Shown one piece after another: positions 20,601-35,600 of a stretch of 64,000 nucleotides of DNA; within the stretch, counting starts at the first letter, position 1; the number at the start of each line of letters is the position of its first letter. The position numbers and the translations under genes are program-made. The stretch covers positions 62,001 to 126,000 of the forward strand of contig NIVC01001204.1 in the NCBI GenBank assembly GCA_002269645.1, written 5' to 3'. A model generated the notes under the pieces. It ran no database searches. It was not told the DNA's origin and saw only the letters and a list, made by a program, of their open reading frames with translations. The DNA is from Macrostomum lignano. Taxonomy: Eukaryota.

Positions 20601-23600
20601 GAATCTCTTCTCTATCAGACTCGTCACTCCAAGAATCTTCTCTATCAGACTCGTCACTCCAAGAATCTTCTCTATCAGACTCTTCACTCCAGGAATCTCT
20701 TCTCTATCAGACTCGTCACTCCAAGAATCTCTTCTCTATCAGACTCGTCACTCCAGGAATCTTCTCTATCAGACTCGCCACTCAAGAATCTTCTCTATCA
20801 GACTCTCACTCCAGGAATCTCTTCTCTATCAGACTCGTCACTCAAGAATCTTCTCTATCAGACTCGTCACTCCAAGAATCTCTTCTCTATCAGACTCGTC
20901 ACTTCAAGAATCTTCTCTATCAGACTCGTCACTCCAAGAATCTCTTCTCTATCAGACTCGTCACTCCAGAATCTTCTCTATCAGACTCGTCACTCCAGAA
21001 TCTCTTCTCTATCAGACTCGTCACTCCAAGAATCTTCTCTATCAGACTCTTCACTCCAGGAATCTCTTCTCTATCAGACTCGTCACTCCAAGAATCTTCT
21101 CTATCAGACTCGTCACTCCAAGAATCTTCTCTATCAGACTCGTCACTCCAAGAATCTTCTCTATCAGACTCTTCACTCCAGGAATCTCTTCTCTATCAGA
21201 CTCGTCACTCCAAGAATCTTCTCTATCAGACTCGTCACTCCAAGAATCTTCTCTATCAGACTCTTCACTCCAGGAATCTCTTCTCTATCAGACTCGTCAC
21301 TCCAAGAATCTTCTCTATCAGACTCGTCACTCCAGAATCTTCTCTATCAGACTCGTCACTCCAGAATCTTCTCTATCAGACTCGTCACTCCAAGAATCTC
21401 TTCTCTATCAGACTCGTCACTCCAAGAATCTTCTCTATCAGACTCGTCACTCCAGGAATCTCTTCTCTATCAGACTCGTCACTCCAAGAATCTTCTCTAT
21501 CAGACTCGCCACTCAAGAATCTTCTCTATCAGACTCTTCACTCCAAGAATCTTCTCTATCAGACTCGTCACTCCAGGAATCTCTTCTCTATCAGACTCGT
21601 CACTCCAAGAATCTTCTCTATCAGACTCTTCACTCCAGGAATCTCTTCTCTATCAGACTCGTCACTCCAAGAATCTTCTCTATCAGACTCGTCACTCCAA
21701 GAATCTTCTCTATCAGACTCTTCACTCCAGGAATCTCTTCTCTATCAGACTCGTCACTCCAAGAATCTCTTCTCTATCAGACTCGTCACTCCAGAATCTT
21801 CTCTATCAGACTCGTCACTCAAGAATCTTCTCTATCAGACTCTTCACTCCAGGAATCTCTTCTCTATCAGACTCGTCACTCCAAGAATCTTCTCTATCAG
21901 ACTCGTCACTCCAAGAATCTTCTCTATCAGACTCGTCACTCCAGAAATCTCTTCTCTATCAGACTCGTCACTCCAAGAATCTTCTCTATCAGACTCGTCA
22001 CTCCAAGAATCTTCTCTATCAGACTCGTCACTCCAGGAATCTTCTCTATCAGACTCGTCACTCCAAGAATCTTCTCTATCAGACTCTCACTCCAGGAATC
22101 TCTTCTCTATCAGACTCGTCACTCCAGAAATCTTCTCTATCAGACTCTCACTCCAGGAATCTTCTCTATCAGACTCGTCACTCCAAGAATCTCTTCTCTA
22201 TCAGACTCGTCACTCCAAGAATCTTCTCTATCAGACTCTTCACTCCAGGAATCTCTTCTCTATCAGACTCGTCACTCCAAGAATCTTCTCTATCAGACTC
22301 GTCACTCCAAGAATCTTCTCTATCAGACTCGTCACTCCAGGAATCTCTTCTCTATCAGACTCGTCACTCCAGGAATCTTCTCTATCAGACTCGTCACTCC
22401 AAGAATCTTCTCTATCAGACTCGTCACTCCAAGAATCTTCTCTATCAGACTCTTCACTCCAGGAATCTCTTCTCTATCAGACTCGTCACTCCAAGAATCT
22501 TCTCTATCAGACTCGTCACTCCAGAATCTCTTCTCTATCAGACTCGTCACTCCAAGAATCTTCTCTATCAGACTCGTCACTCCAAGAATCTCTTCTCTAT
22601 CAGACTCGTCACTCCAAGAATCTTCTCTATCAGACTCGTCACTCCAAGAATCTTCTCTATCAGACTCTTCACTCCAGAATCTCTTCTCTATCAGACTCGT
22701 CACTCCAGAATCTCTTCTCTATCAGACTCGTCACTCCAAGAATCTTCTCTATCAGACTCTTCACTCCAGGAATCTCTTCTCTATCAGACTCGTCACTCCA
22801 AGAATCTTCTCTATCAGACTCGTCACTCCAAGAATCTTCTCTATCAGACTCGTCACTCCAAGAATCTTCTCTATCAGACTCTTCACTCCAGGAATCTCTT
22901 CTCTATCAGACTCGTCACTCCAAGAATCTTCTCTATCAGACTCGTCACTCCAAGAATCTTCTCTATCAGACTCTCACTCCAAGAATCTTCTCTATCAGAC
23001 TCGTCACTCCAGAATCTCTTCTCTATCAGACTCGTCACTCCAAGAATCTTCTCTATCAGACTCGTCACTCCAAGAATCTTCTCTATCAGACTCGTCACTC
23101 CAAGAATCTTCTCTATCAGACTCGTCACTCCAAGAATCTTCTCTATCAGACTCGTCACTCCAAGAATCTCTTCTCTATCAGACTCGTCACTCCAGAATCT
23201 TCTCTATCAGACTCGTCACTCCAAGAATCTCTTCTCTATCAGACTCGTCACTCCAAGAATCTTCTCTATCAGACTCTTCACTCCAGGAATCTCTTCTCTA
23301 TCAGACTCGTCACTCCAAGAATCTTCTCTATCAGACTCGTCACTCCAAGAATCTTCTCTATCAGACTCTCACTCCAGAATCTTTCTCTATCAGACTCGTC
23401 ACTCCAGAATCTCTTCTCTATCAGACTCGTCACTCCAAGAATCTTCTCTATCAGACTCTTCACTCCAGGAATCTCTTCTCTATCAGACTCGTCACTCCAA
23501 GAATCTTCTCTATCAGACTCGTCACTCCAAGAATCTTCTCTATCAGACTCGTCACTCCAGGAATCTTCTCTATCAGACTCGTCACTCCAGAATCTTCTCT

Positions 23601-26600
23601 ATCAGACTCGTCACTCCAAGAATCTTCTCTATCAGACTCTTCACTCCAGGAATCTTCTCTATCAGACTCGTCACTCCAAGAATCTTCTCTATCAGACTCG
23701 TCACTCAAGAATCTTCTCTATCAGACTCTTCACTCCAGGAATCTCTTCTCTATCAGACTCGTCACTCCAAGAATCTTCTCTATCAGACTCGTCACTCCAG
23801 GAATCTCTTCTCTATCAGACTCGTCACTCCAAAATCTTCTCTATCAGACTCGTCACTCCAAGAATCTTCTCTATCAGACTCTTCACTCCAGGAATCTCTT
23901 CTCTATCAGACTCGTCACTCCAAGAATCTTCTCTATCAGACTCGTCACTCCAAGAATCTTCTCTATCAGACTCGTCACTCCAGGAATCTCTTCTCTATCA
24001 GACTCGTCACTCCAAGAATCTCTTCTCTATCAGACTCGTCACTCCAGGAATCTTCTCTATCAGACTCGCCACTCAAGAATCTTCTCTATCAGACTCGTCA
24101 CTCCAAGAATCTTCTCTATCAGACTCTTCACTCCAGGAATCTCTTCTCTATCAGACTCGTCACTCAAGAATCTTCTCTATCAGACTCGTCACTCCAGAAT
24201 CTTCTCTATCAGACTCGTCACTCCAGGAATCTCTTCTCTATCAGACTCGTCACTCCAAGAATCTTCTCTATCAGACTCTTCACTCCAGGAATCTCTTCTC
24301 TATCAGACTCGTCACTCAGAATCTTCTCTATCAGACTCGTCACTCAAGAATCTTCTCTATCAGACTCTTCACTCCAGGAATCTTCTCTATCAGACTCGTC
24401 ACTCCAAGAATCTTCTCTATCAGACTCGTCACTCCAGAATCTTCTCTATCAGACTCGTCACTCCAAGAATCTCTTCTCTATCAGACTCGTCACTCCAGAA
24501 TCTTCTCTATCAGACTCGTCACTCAAGAATCTTCTCTATCAGACTCTCACTCCAGGAATCTCTTCTCTATCAGACTCGTCACTCCAAGAATCTTCTCTAT
24601 CAGACTCGTCACTCCAAGAATCTTCTCTATCAGACTCGTCACTCCAGGAATCTCTTCTCTATCAGACTCGTCACTCCAAGAATCTTCTCTATCAGACTCG
24701 TCACTCCAAGAATCTTCTCTATCAGACTCGTCACTCCAAGAATCTTCTCTATCAGACTCGTCACTCCAAGAATCTTCTCTATCAGACTCGTCACTCCAGG
24801 AATCTCTTCTCTATCAGACTCGTCACTCCAAGAATCTTCTCTATCAGACTCGTCACTCCAAGAATCTTCTCTATCAGACTCGTCACTCCAAGAATCTTCT
24901 CTATCAGACTCGTCACTCCAAGAATCTTCTCTATCAGACTCGTCACTCCAGAATCTCTTCTCTATCAGACTCGTCACTCCAGAATCTTCTCTATCAGACT
25001 CGTCACTCCAAGAATCTTCTCTATCAGACTCGTCACTCCAAGAATCTTCTCTATCAGACTCGTCACTCCAGAATCTCTTCTCTATCAGACTCGTCACTCC
25101 AAGAATCTTCTCTATCAGACTCGTCACTCCAAGAATCTTCTCTATCAGACTCGTCACTCCAAGAATCTTCTCTATCAGACTCGTCACTCCAGAATCTCTT
25201 CTCTATCAGACTCGTCACTCCAGAATCTCTTCTCTATCAGACTCGTCACTCCAAGAATCTTCTCTATCAGACTCGTCACTCAAGAATCTTCTCTATCAGA
25301 CTCGTCACTCCAGGAATCTTCTCTATCAGACTCGTCACTCCAAGAATCTTCTCTATCAGACTCGTCACTCCAAGAATCTTCTCTATCAGACTCGTCACTC
25401 CAAGAATCTCTTCTCTATCAGACTCGTCACTCCAAGAATCTTCTCTATCAGACTCGTCACTCCAAGAATCTTCTCTATCAGACTCGTCACTCCAAGAATC
25501 TTCTCTATCAGACTCGTCACTCCAAGAATCTTCTCTATCAGACTCGTCACTCCAGGAATCTCTTCTCTATCAGACTCGTCACTCCAAGAATCTTCTCTAT
25601 CAGACTCGTCACTCCAGAATCTCTTCTCTATCAGACTCGTCACTCCAAGAATCTTCTCTATCAGACTCGTCACTCCAAGAATCTTCTCTATCAGACTCGT
25701 CACTCCAGAATCTTCTCTATCAGACTCGTCACTCCAAGAATCTTCTCTATCAGACTCGTCACTCCAAGAATCTTCTCTATCAGACTCTTCACTCCAGGAA
25801 TCTCTTCTCTATCAGACTCGTCACTCCAAGAATCTCTTCTCTATCAGACTCGTCACTCCAAGAATCTTCTCTATCAGACTCTTCACTCCAGGAATCTCTT
25901 CTCTATCAGACTCGTCACTCAAGAATCTTCTCTATCAGACTCGTCACTCCAGAATCTTCTCTATCAGACTCGTCACTCCAGGAATCTCTTCTCTATCAGA
26001 CTCGTCACTCCAAGAATCTTCTCTATCAGACTCGTCACTCCAAGAATCTTCTCTATCAGACTCTCACTCCAGAATCTTCTCTATCAGACTCGTCACTCAA
26101 GAATCTTCTCTATCAGACTCGTCACTCCAGGAATCTTCTCTATCAGACTCGTCACTCCAGAATCTCTTCTCTATCAGACTCGTCACTCCAAGAATCTCTT
26201 CTCTATCAGACTCGTCACTCCAAGAATCTTCTCTATCAGACTCGTCACTCCAAGAATCTTCTCTATCAGACTCGTCACTCCAAGAATCTCTTCTCTATCA
26301 GACTCGTCACTCCAAGAATCTTCTCTATCAGACTCGTCACTCCAAGAATCTTCTCTATCAGACTCGTCACTCCAAGAATCTCTTCTCTATCAGACTCGTC
26401 ACTCCAAGAATCTTCTCTATCAGACTCGTCACTCCAAGAATCTTCTCTATCAGACTCGTCACTCCAAGAATCTTCTCTATCAGACTCGTCACTCCAAGAA
26501 TCTTCTCTATCAGACTCGTCACTCCAGAATCTCTCTATCAGACTCGTCACTCCAGAATCTTCTCTATCAGACTCGTCACTCCAAGAATCTTCTCTATCAG

Positions 26601-29600
26601 ACTCGTCACTCCAAGAATCTTCTCTATCAGACTCGTCACTCCAGAATCTCTCTCTATCAGACTCGTCACTCCAAGAATCTTCTCTATCAGACTCGTCACT
26701 CCAAGAATCTTCTCTATCAGACTCGTCACTCCAAGAATCTTCTCTATCAGACTCGTCACTCCAAGAATCTTCTCTATCAGACTCTTCACTCCAGGAATCT
26801 CTTCTCTATCAGACTCGTCACTCCAGAATCTTCTCTATCAGACTCGTCACTCCAAGAATCTTCTCTATCAGACTCTCACTCCAGGAATCTCTTCTCTATC
26901 AGACTCGTCACTCCAGAATCTTCTCTATCAGACTCGTCACTCCAAGAATCTTCTCTATCAGACTCGTCACTCCAAGAATCTTCTCTATCAGACTCGTCAC
27001 TCCAGAATCTCTTCTCTATCAGACTCGTCACTCCAAGAATCTTCTCTATCAGACTCGTCACTCCAGGAATCTTCTCTATCAGACTCGTCACTCCAAGAAT
27101 CTTCTCTATCAGACTCGTCACTCCAAGAATCTTCTCTATCAGACTCGTCACTCCAGGAATCTCTTCTCTATCAGACTCGTCACTCAAGAATCTTCTCTAT
27201 CAGACTCGTCACTCCAGGAATCTTCTCTATCAGACTCGTCACTCCAGAATCTTCTCTATCAGACTCGTCACTCCAAGAATCTTCTCTATCAGACTCGTCA
27301 CTCCAGGAATCTCTTCTCTATCAGACTCGTCACTCCAAGAATCTTCTCTATCAGACTCGCACTCCAAGAATCTTCTCTATCAGACTCGTCACTCCAGAAT
27401 CTTCTCTATCAGACTCGTCACTCCAAGAATCTTCTCTATCAGACTCGTCACTCCAAGAATCTTCTCTATCAGACTCGTCACTCCAAGAATCTCTCTCTAT
27501 CAGACTCGTCACTCCAGAATCTTCTCTATCAGACTCGTCACTCCAAGAATCTTCTCTATCAGACTCGTCACTCCAGAATCTTCTCTATCAGACTCGTCAC
27601 TCCAAGAATCTTCTCTATCAGACTCGTCACTCCAAGAATCTTCTCTATCAGACTCGTCACTCCAAGAATCTTCTCTATCAGACTCGTCACTCCAAGAATC
27701 TTCTCTATCAGACTCGTCACTCCAAGAATCTTCTCTATCAGACTCGTCACTCCAAGAATCTTCTCTATCAGACTCGTCACTCCAAGAATCTTCTCTATCA
27801 GACTCGTCACTCCAAGAATCTTCTCTATCAGACTCGTCACTCCAAGAATCTTCTCTATCAGACTCGTCACTCCAAGAATCTTCTCTATCAGACTCGTCAC
27901 TCCAAGAATCTTCTCTATCAGACTCGTCACTCCAAGAATCTTCTCTATCAGACTCGTCACTCCAAGAATCTTCTCTATCAGACTCGTCACTCCAGGAATC
28001 TTCTCTATCAGACTCGTCACTCCAAGAATCTTCTCTATCAGACTCGTCACTCCAAGAATCTTCTCTATCAGACTCGTCACTCCAAGAATCTTTCTCTATC
28101 AGACTCGTCACTCCAAGAATCTTCTCTATCAGACTCGTCACTCCAAGAATCTTCTCTATCAGACTCGTCACTCCAAGAATCTTCTCTATCAGACTCGTCA
28201 CTCCAGAATCTTCTCTATCAGACTCGTCACTCCAGAATCTCTTCTCTATCAGACTCGTCACTCCAAGAATCTTCTCTATCAGACTCGTCACTCCAGAATC
28301 TTCTCTATCAGACTCGTCACTCCAAGAATCTTCTCTATCAGACTCGTCACTCCAAAATCTTCTCTATCAGACTCGTCACTCCAAGAATCTTCTCTATCAG
28401 ACTCGTCACTCCAAGAATCTTCTCTATCAGACTCGTCACTCCAAGAATCTTCTCTATCAGACTCGTCACTCCAAGAATCTTCTCTATCAGACTCGTCACT
28501 CCAAGAATCTTCTCTATCAGACTCGTCACTCCAAGAATCTTCTCTATCAGACTCGTCACTCCAGAATCTTCTCTATCAGACTCGTCACTCCAAGAATCTT
28601 CTCTATCAGACTCGTCACTCCAGAATCTTCTCTATCAGACTCGTCACTCCAAGAATCTTCTCTATCAGACTCGTCACTCCAAGAATCTTCTCTATCAGAC
28701 TCGTCACTCCAAGAATCTTCTCTATCAGACTCGTCACTCCAAGAATCTTCTCTATCAGACTCGTCACTCCAAGAATCTTCTCTATCAGACTCGTCACTCC
28801 AAGAATCTCTCTCTATCAGACTCGTCACTCCAGAATCTTCTCTATCAGACTCGTCACTCCAAGAATCTTCTCTATCAGACTCGTCACTCCAAGAATCTTC
28901 TCTATCAGACTCGTCACTCCAAGAATCTTCTCTATCAGACTCGTCACTCCAGGAATCTTTCTCTATCAGACTCGTCACTCCAAGAATCTTCTCTATCAGA
29001 CTCGTCACTCCAAGAATCTTCTCTATCAGACTCGTCACTCCAGAATCTTCTCTATCAGACTCGTCACTCCAAGAATCTTCTCTATCAGACTCGTCACTCC
29101 AGAATCTTCTCTATCAGACTCGTCACTCCAGAATCTTCTCTATCAGACTCGTCACTCCAAGAATCTTCTCTATCAGACTCGTCACTCCAGAATCTCTTCT
29201 CTATCAGACTCGTCACTCCAGAATCTTCTCTATCAGACTCGTCACTCCAGAATCTTCTCTATCAGACTCGTCACTCCAAGAATCTTCTCTATCAGACTCG
29301 TCACTCCAAGAATCTTCTCTATCAGACTCGTCACTCCAAGAATCTTCTCTATCAGACTCGTCACTCCAGAATCTCTTCTCTATCAGACTCGTCACTCCAA
29401 GAATCTTCTCTATCAGACTCGTCACTCCAAGAATCTTCTCTATCAGACTCGTCACTCCAAGAATCTTCTCTATCAGACTCGTCACTCCAAGAATCTTCTC
29501 TATCAGACTCGTCACTCCAGAATCTTCTCTATCAGACTCGTCACTCCAGAATCTTTCTCTATCAGACTCGTCACTCCAAGAATCTTCTCTATCAGACTCG

Positions 29601-32600
29601 TCACTCCAAGAATCTTCTCTATCAGACTCTTCACTCCAGGAATCTTCTTCTATCAGACTCGTCACTCCAAGAATCTTCTCTATCAGACTCTCACTCCAGG
29701 AATCTTCTCTATCAGACTCGTCACTCCAAGAATCTTCTCTATCAGACTCGTCACTCCAAGAATCTTCTCTATCAGACTCTTCACTCCAGGAATCTCTTCT
29801 CTATCAGACTCGTCACTCCAAGGAATCTCTTCTCTATCAGACTCGTCACTCCAAGAATCTTCTCTATCAGACTCTCACTCCAGAATCTTCTCTATCAGAC
29901 TCGTCACTCCAGAATCTTCTCTATCAGACTCGTCACTCCAAGAATCTTCTCTATCAGACTCTCACTCCAGGAATCTTCTCTATCAGACTCGTCACTCCAG
30001 AATCTCTTCTCTATCAGACTCGTCACTCCAAGAATCTTCTCTATCAGACTCTCACTCCAGAATCTTCTCTATCAGACTCGTCACTCAAGAATCTTCTCTA
30101 TCAGACTCGTCACTCAAGAATCTTCTCTATCAGACTCTTCACTCCAGAATCTTCTCTATCAGACTCGTCACTCCAAGAATCTTCTCTATCAGACTCGTCA
30201 CTCCAGAATCTCTCTATCAGACTCGTCACTCCAAGAATCTTCTCTATCAGACTCGTCACTCCAAGAATCTTCTCTATCAGACTCTTCACTCCAGAATCTT
30301 CTCTATCAGACTCGTCACTCCAAGAATCTTCTCTATCAGACTCGTCACTCCAAGAATCTTCTCTATCAGACTCGTCACTCCAGAATCTCTTCTCTATCAG
30401 ACTCGTCACTCCAAGAATCTTCTCTATCAGACTCGTCACTCCAAGAATCTTCTCTATCAGACTCGTCACTCCAGGAATCTCTTCTCTATCAGACTCGTCA
30501 CTCCAAGAATCTTCTCTATCAGACTCGTCACTCCAAGAATCTTCTCTATCAGACTCGTCACTCCAAAATCTTCTCTATCAGACTCGTCACTCCAAGAATC
30601 TTCTCTATCAGACTCGTCACTCCAAGGAATCTCTCTCTATCAGACTCGTCACTCCAAGAATCTCTCTATCAGACTCTCACTCCAGAATCTCTTCTCTATC
30701 AGACTCGTCACTCCAGGAATCTCTTCTCTATCAGACTCGTCACTCCAAGAATCTTCTCTATCAGACTCTCACTCCAGAATCTTCTCTATCAGACTCGTCA
30801 CTCCAAGAATCTTCTCTATCAGACTCGTCACTCCAAGAATCTTCTCTATCAGACTCGTTCCAAGAATCTCTTCTCTATCAGACTCGTCACTCCAGGAATC
30901 TCTTCTATCAGACTCGTCACTCCAAGAATCTTCTCTATCAGACTCTTCACTCCAGAATCTTCTCTATCAGACTCGTCACTTCAAGAATCTTCTCTATCAG
31001 ACTCGTCACTCCAGAATCTTCTCTATCAGACTCGTCACTCCAGGAATCTCTTCTCTATCAGACTCGTCACTCCAAGAATCTTCTCTATCAGACTCGTCAC
31101 TCCAGGAATCTCTTCTCTATCAGACTCGTCACTCCAAGAATCTTCTCTATCAGACTCGTCACTCCAAGAATCTTCTCTATCAGACTCTCACTCCAGGAAT
31201 CTTCTCTATCAGACTCTCACTCCAAGAATCTTCTCTATCAGACTCGTCACTCCAAGAATCTTCTCTATCAGACTCGTCACTCCAAGAATCTTCTCTATCA
31301 GACTCTCACTCCAAGAATCTTCTCTATCAGACTCGTCACTCCAAGAATCTTCTCTATCAGACTCGTCACTCCAAGAATCTCTTCTCTATCAGACTCGTCA
31401 CTCCAAGAATCTTCTCTATCAGACTCGTCACTCCAGAATCTTCTCTATCAGACTCGTCACTCAAGAATCTTCTCTATCAGACTCGTCACTCCAGGAATCT
31501 TCTCTATCAGACTCGTCACTCCAAGAATCTTCTCTATCAGACTCGTCACTCCAAGAATCTTCTCTATCAGACTCGTCACTCCAGAATCTCTTCTCTATCA
31601 GACTCGTCACTCCAAGAATCTTCTCTATCAGACTCGTCACTCCAAGAATCTTCTCTATCAGACTCGTCACTCCAAGAATCTTCTCTATCAGACTCGTCAC
31701 TCCAAGAATCTTCTCTATCAGACTCTTCACTCCAGGAATCTCTTCTCTATCAGACTCGTCACTCCAAGAATCTTCTCTATCAGACTCGTCACTCCAAGAA
31801 TCTTCTCTATCAGACTCTTCACTCCAGGAATCTCTTCTCTATCAGACTCGTCACTCCAAGAATCTTCTCTATCAGACTCGTCACTCCAAGAATCTTCTCT
31901 ATCAGACTCTTCACTCCAGGAATCTCTTCTCTATCAGACTCGTCACTCCAAGAATCTTCTCTATCAGACTCGTCACTCCAGAATCTTCTCTATCAGACTC
32001 GTCACTCCAAGAATCTTCTCTATCAGACTCTTCACTCCAGAATCTTCTCTATCAGACTCGTCACTCCAAGAATCTCTTCTCTATCAGACTCGTCACTCCA
32101 AGAATCTTCTCTATCAGACTCGTCACTCCAAGAATCTTCTCTATCAGACTCGTCACTCCAAGAATCTTCTCTATCAGACTCGTCACTCCAAGAATCTTCT
32201 CTATCAGACTCGTCACTCCAAGAATCTTCTCTATCAGACTCGTCACTCAAGAATCTTCTCTATCAGACTCGTCACTCCAGAATCTTCTCTATCAGACTCG
32301 TCACTCCAAGAATCTTCTCTATCAGACTCGTCACTCCAGGAATCTTCTCTATCAGACTCGTCACTCAAGAATCTTCTCTATCAGACTCGTCACTCCAAGA
32401 ATCTTCTCTATCAGACTCGTCACTCCAGAATCTTCTCTATCAGACTCGTCACTCAAGAATCTTCTCTATCAGACTCGTCACTCCAAGAATCTTCTCTATC
32501 AGACTCGTCACTCCAAGAATCTTCTCTATCAGACTCGTCACTCCAGAATCTTCTCTATCAGACTCTTCACTCCAGAATCTTCTCTATCAGACTCGTCACT

Positions 32601-35600
32601 CAAGAATCTTCTCTATCAGACTCTTCACTCCAGAATCTTCTCTATCAGACTCGTCACTCCAAGAATCTTCTCTATCAGACTCGTCACTCCAAGAATCTTC
32701 TCTATCAGACTCGTCACTCCAAGAATCTTCTCTATCAGACTCGTCACTCCAAGAATCTTCTCTATCAGACTCTCACTCCAAGAATCTTCTCTATCAGACT
32801 CTTCACTCCAGGAATCTCTTCTCTATCAGACTCGTCACTCCAAGAATCTTCTCTATCAGACTCTCACTCCAAGAATCTTCTCTATCAGACTCGTCACTCC
32901 AGGAATCTTCTCTATCAGACTCGTCACTCCAAGAATCTTCTCTATCAGACTCGTCACTCCAAGAATCTTCTCTATCAGACTCGTCACTCCAGGAATCTCT
33001 TCTCTATCAGACTCGTCACTCCAAGAATCTTCTCTATCAGACTCGTCACTCCAGAATCTCTTCTCTATCAGACTCGTCACTCCAAGAATCTTCTCTATCA
33101 GACTCGTCACTCCAAGAATCTTCTCTATCAGACTCGTCACTCCAGGAATCTCTTCTCTATCAGACTCGTCACTCCAAGAATCTTCTCTATCAGACTCGTC
33201 ACTCCAAGAATCTTCTCTATCAGACTCGTCACTCCAGGAATCTCTTCTCTATCAGACTCGTCACTCCAAGAATCTCTTCTCTATCAGACTCGTCACTCCA
33301 AGAATCTTCTCTATCAGACTCGCCACTCAAGAATCTTCTCTATCAGACTCTTCACTCCAGGAATCTCTTCTCTATCAGACTCGTCACTCAAGAATCTTCT
33401 CTATCAGACTCGTCACTCCAGAATCTTCTCTATCAGACTCGTCACTCAGGAATCTCTTCTCTATCAGACTCGTCACTCCAAGAATCTTCTCTATCAGACT
33501 CTTCACTCCAGGAATCTCTTCTCTATCAGACTCGTCACTCAAGAATCTTCTCTATCAGACTCGTCACTCCAAGAATCTTCTCTATCAGACTCGTCACTCC
33601 AGGAATCTTCTCTATCAGACTCGTCACTCAAGAATCTTCTCTATCAGACTCGTCACTCCAGGAATCTTCTCTATCAGACTCGTCACTCCAGAATCTCTTC
33701 TCTATCAGACTCGTCACTCCAAGAATCTTCTCTATCAGACTCGTCACTCCAGAATCTTCTCTATCAGACTCGTCACTCAAGAATCTTCTCTATCAGACTC
33801 TTCACTCCAGGAATCTCTTCTCTATCAGACTCGTCACTCAAGAATCTTCTCTATCAGACTCGTCACTCCAAGAATCTTCTCTATCAGACTCGTCACTCCA
33901 GAATCTTTCTCTATCAGACTCGTCACTCCAAGAATCTTCTCTATCAGACTCGTCACTCCAAGAATCTTCTCTATCAGACTCGTCACTCCAGAATCTTCTC
34001 TATCAGACTCGTCACTCCAAGAATCTTCTCTATCAGACTCGTCACTCCAGAATCTTCTCTATCAGACTCGTCACTCCAGAATCTTCTCTATCAGACTCGT
34101 CACTCCAGAATCTCTCTCTATCAGACTCGTCACTCCAAGAATCTTCTCTATCAGACTCGTCACTCCAGGAATCTCTTCTCTATCAGACTCGTCACTCCAA
34201 GAATCTTCTCTATCAGACTCGTCACTCCAGAATCTCTCTATCAGACTCGTCACTCCAAGAATCTTCTCTATCAGACTCGTCACTCCAGAATCTTCTCTAT
34301 CAGACTCGTCACTCCAGGAATCTTCTCTATCAGACTCGTCACTCCAAGAATCTTCTCTATCAGACTCGTCACTCAAGAATCTTCTCTATCAGACTCGTCA
34401 CTCCAGAATCTCTTCTCTATCAGACTCGTCACTCCAAGAATCTTCTCTATCAGACTCGTCACTCCAAGAATCTTCTCTATCAGACTCTCACTCCAGGAAT
34501 CTCTTCTCTATCAGACTCGTCACTCCAAGAATCTTCTCTATCAGACTCGTCACTCCAAGAATCTTCTCTATCAGACTCTTCACTCCAGGAATCTCTTCTC
34601 TATCAGACTCGTCACTCCAAGAATCTTCTCTATCAGACTCGTCACTCCAAGAATCTTCTCTATCAGACTCTCACTCCAGAATCTTCTCTATCAGACTCGT
34701 CACTCCAAGAATCTTCTCTATCAGACTCGTCACTCCAGGAATCTCTTCTCTATCAGACTCGTCACTCCAAGAATCTCTTCTCTATCAGACTCGTCACTCC
34801 AAGAATCTTCTCTATCAGACTCGTCACTCCAAGAATCTTCTCTATCAGACTCGTCACTCCAAGAATCTTCTCTATCAGACTCGTCACTCCAAGAATCTTC
34901 TCTATCAGACTCTTCACTCCAGAATCTCTTCTCTATCAGACTCGTCACTCCAAGAATCTTCTCTATCAGACTCGTCACTCCAAGAATCTTCTCTATCAGA
35001 CTCGTCACTCCAAGAATCTCTTCTCTATCAGACTCGTCACTCCAAGAATCTTCTCTATCAGACTCGTCACTCCAAGAATCTTCTCTATCAGACTCGTCAC
35101 TCCAAGAATCTTCTCTATCAGACTCGTCACTCCAAGAATCTTCTCTATCAGACTCGTCACTCCAAGAATCTTCTCTATCAGACTCGTCACTCCAAGAATC
35201 TTCTCTATCAGACTCTTCACTCCAGGAATCTCTTCTCTATCAGACTCGTCACTCCAAGAATCTTCTCTATCAGACTCGTCACTCCAAGAATCTTCTCTAT
35301 CAGACTCGTCACTCCAGAATCTCTTCTCTATCAGACTCGTCACTCAAGAATCTTCTCTATCAGACTCGTCACTCCAGGAATCTTCTCTATCAGACTCGTC
35401 ACTCCAGGAATCTCTTCTCTATCAGACTCGTCACTCCAAGAATCTTCTCTATCAGACTCTTCACTCCAGGAATCTTCTCTATCAGACTCGTCACTCAAGA
35501 ATCTTCTCTATCAGACTCGTCACTCCAAGAATCTTCTCTATCAGACTCGTCACTCCAGAATCTTCTCTATCAGACTCGTCACTCAAGAATCTTCTCTATC